Shown here: positions 63,809 to 64,000 of the stretch, in pieces
Position numbering within the stretch: the first letter of the stretch is position 1
Layout of the letters: each line of letters starts with the position of its first letter
IMG/VR virus record: IMGVR_UViG_3300032224_000679
Location: 1-64,000 of that record
Strand: one strand, 5' to 3'
DNA: 64,000 nucleotides
Origin: a virus
Program-made: the position numbers and the translations under genes
The notes under the pieces: model-generated
Database searches by the model: none
What the model was told of the DNA's origin: nothing
The model's input: the letters and a program-made list of their open reading frames with translations, nothing else

Positions 63809-64000
63809 AACAACTTCGATTCACAAGCACATATAACTCAGACAGCACAATACCGGATGCAGTAATGGATACAAGCGATCCAGCATTTGCTATTACCAAT
63901 GGTGTTGTGCCTCGCCTCAATTATACAGAATTGCCTGTTTGGCAACAACATAACCCAGAAAATGAAAAAGCTCGAATAATGCGCGAACAAAATATTAAAC
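63805..64000 (+). CDS. Hypothetical protein, 3'-truncated by the window edge
   Basis: ATG 63805 overlaps the upstream TGA; open frame MKQLRFTST...EKARIMREQNIK to the window end. Confidence 0.6.
   Translation, partial: MKQLRFTSTYNSDSTIPDAVMDTSDPAFAITNGVVPRLNYTELPVWQQHNPENEKARIMREQNIK

Noticed and set aside
1-64000. Stop-codon reassignment (alternative genetic code), as in some large phages
   Set aside because: Core genes are full-length under the standard code, and TAA, TGA and TAG all end genes at sensible positions

Overview
A 64-kb segment of a large, AT-rich, T4-superfamily-like myovirus (probably a jumbo phage), covering most of the morphogenesis region. From the left it encodes a gp46/SbcC-like recombination ATPase, a radical SAM + SDR pair and a short GIY-YIG nuclease. 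A ~400-nt non-coding, highly structured element follows, then gp26/gp51-like hub chaperones joined by a candidate -1 frameshift and a tape-measure-like protein. The head module comprises portal, core proteins, prohead protease, scaffold and major capsid protein. It is followed by ~28 kb of giant, repetitive Thr/Ser/Asn/Gly-rich fibre genes, a NUDIX hydrolase, gp15/gp14/gp13-like neck genes, dNMP kinase, an HNH-like protein, tail sheath, tail tube, a gp4-like nuclease and a cluster of probable internal head proteins. A TAAATA late-promoter motif precedes most structural genes, often only 4-6 nt before the ATG. The best candidate for an undescribed system is the structured RNA at 5151-5500 downstream of the minimal GIY-YIG gene. 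Other candidates are the frameshift, the head-to-tail modular fibre chain with dense N-X-S/T sequons, and the capsid-targeting motifs. All functional calls come from motif recognition by eye; no database searches were run.
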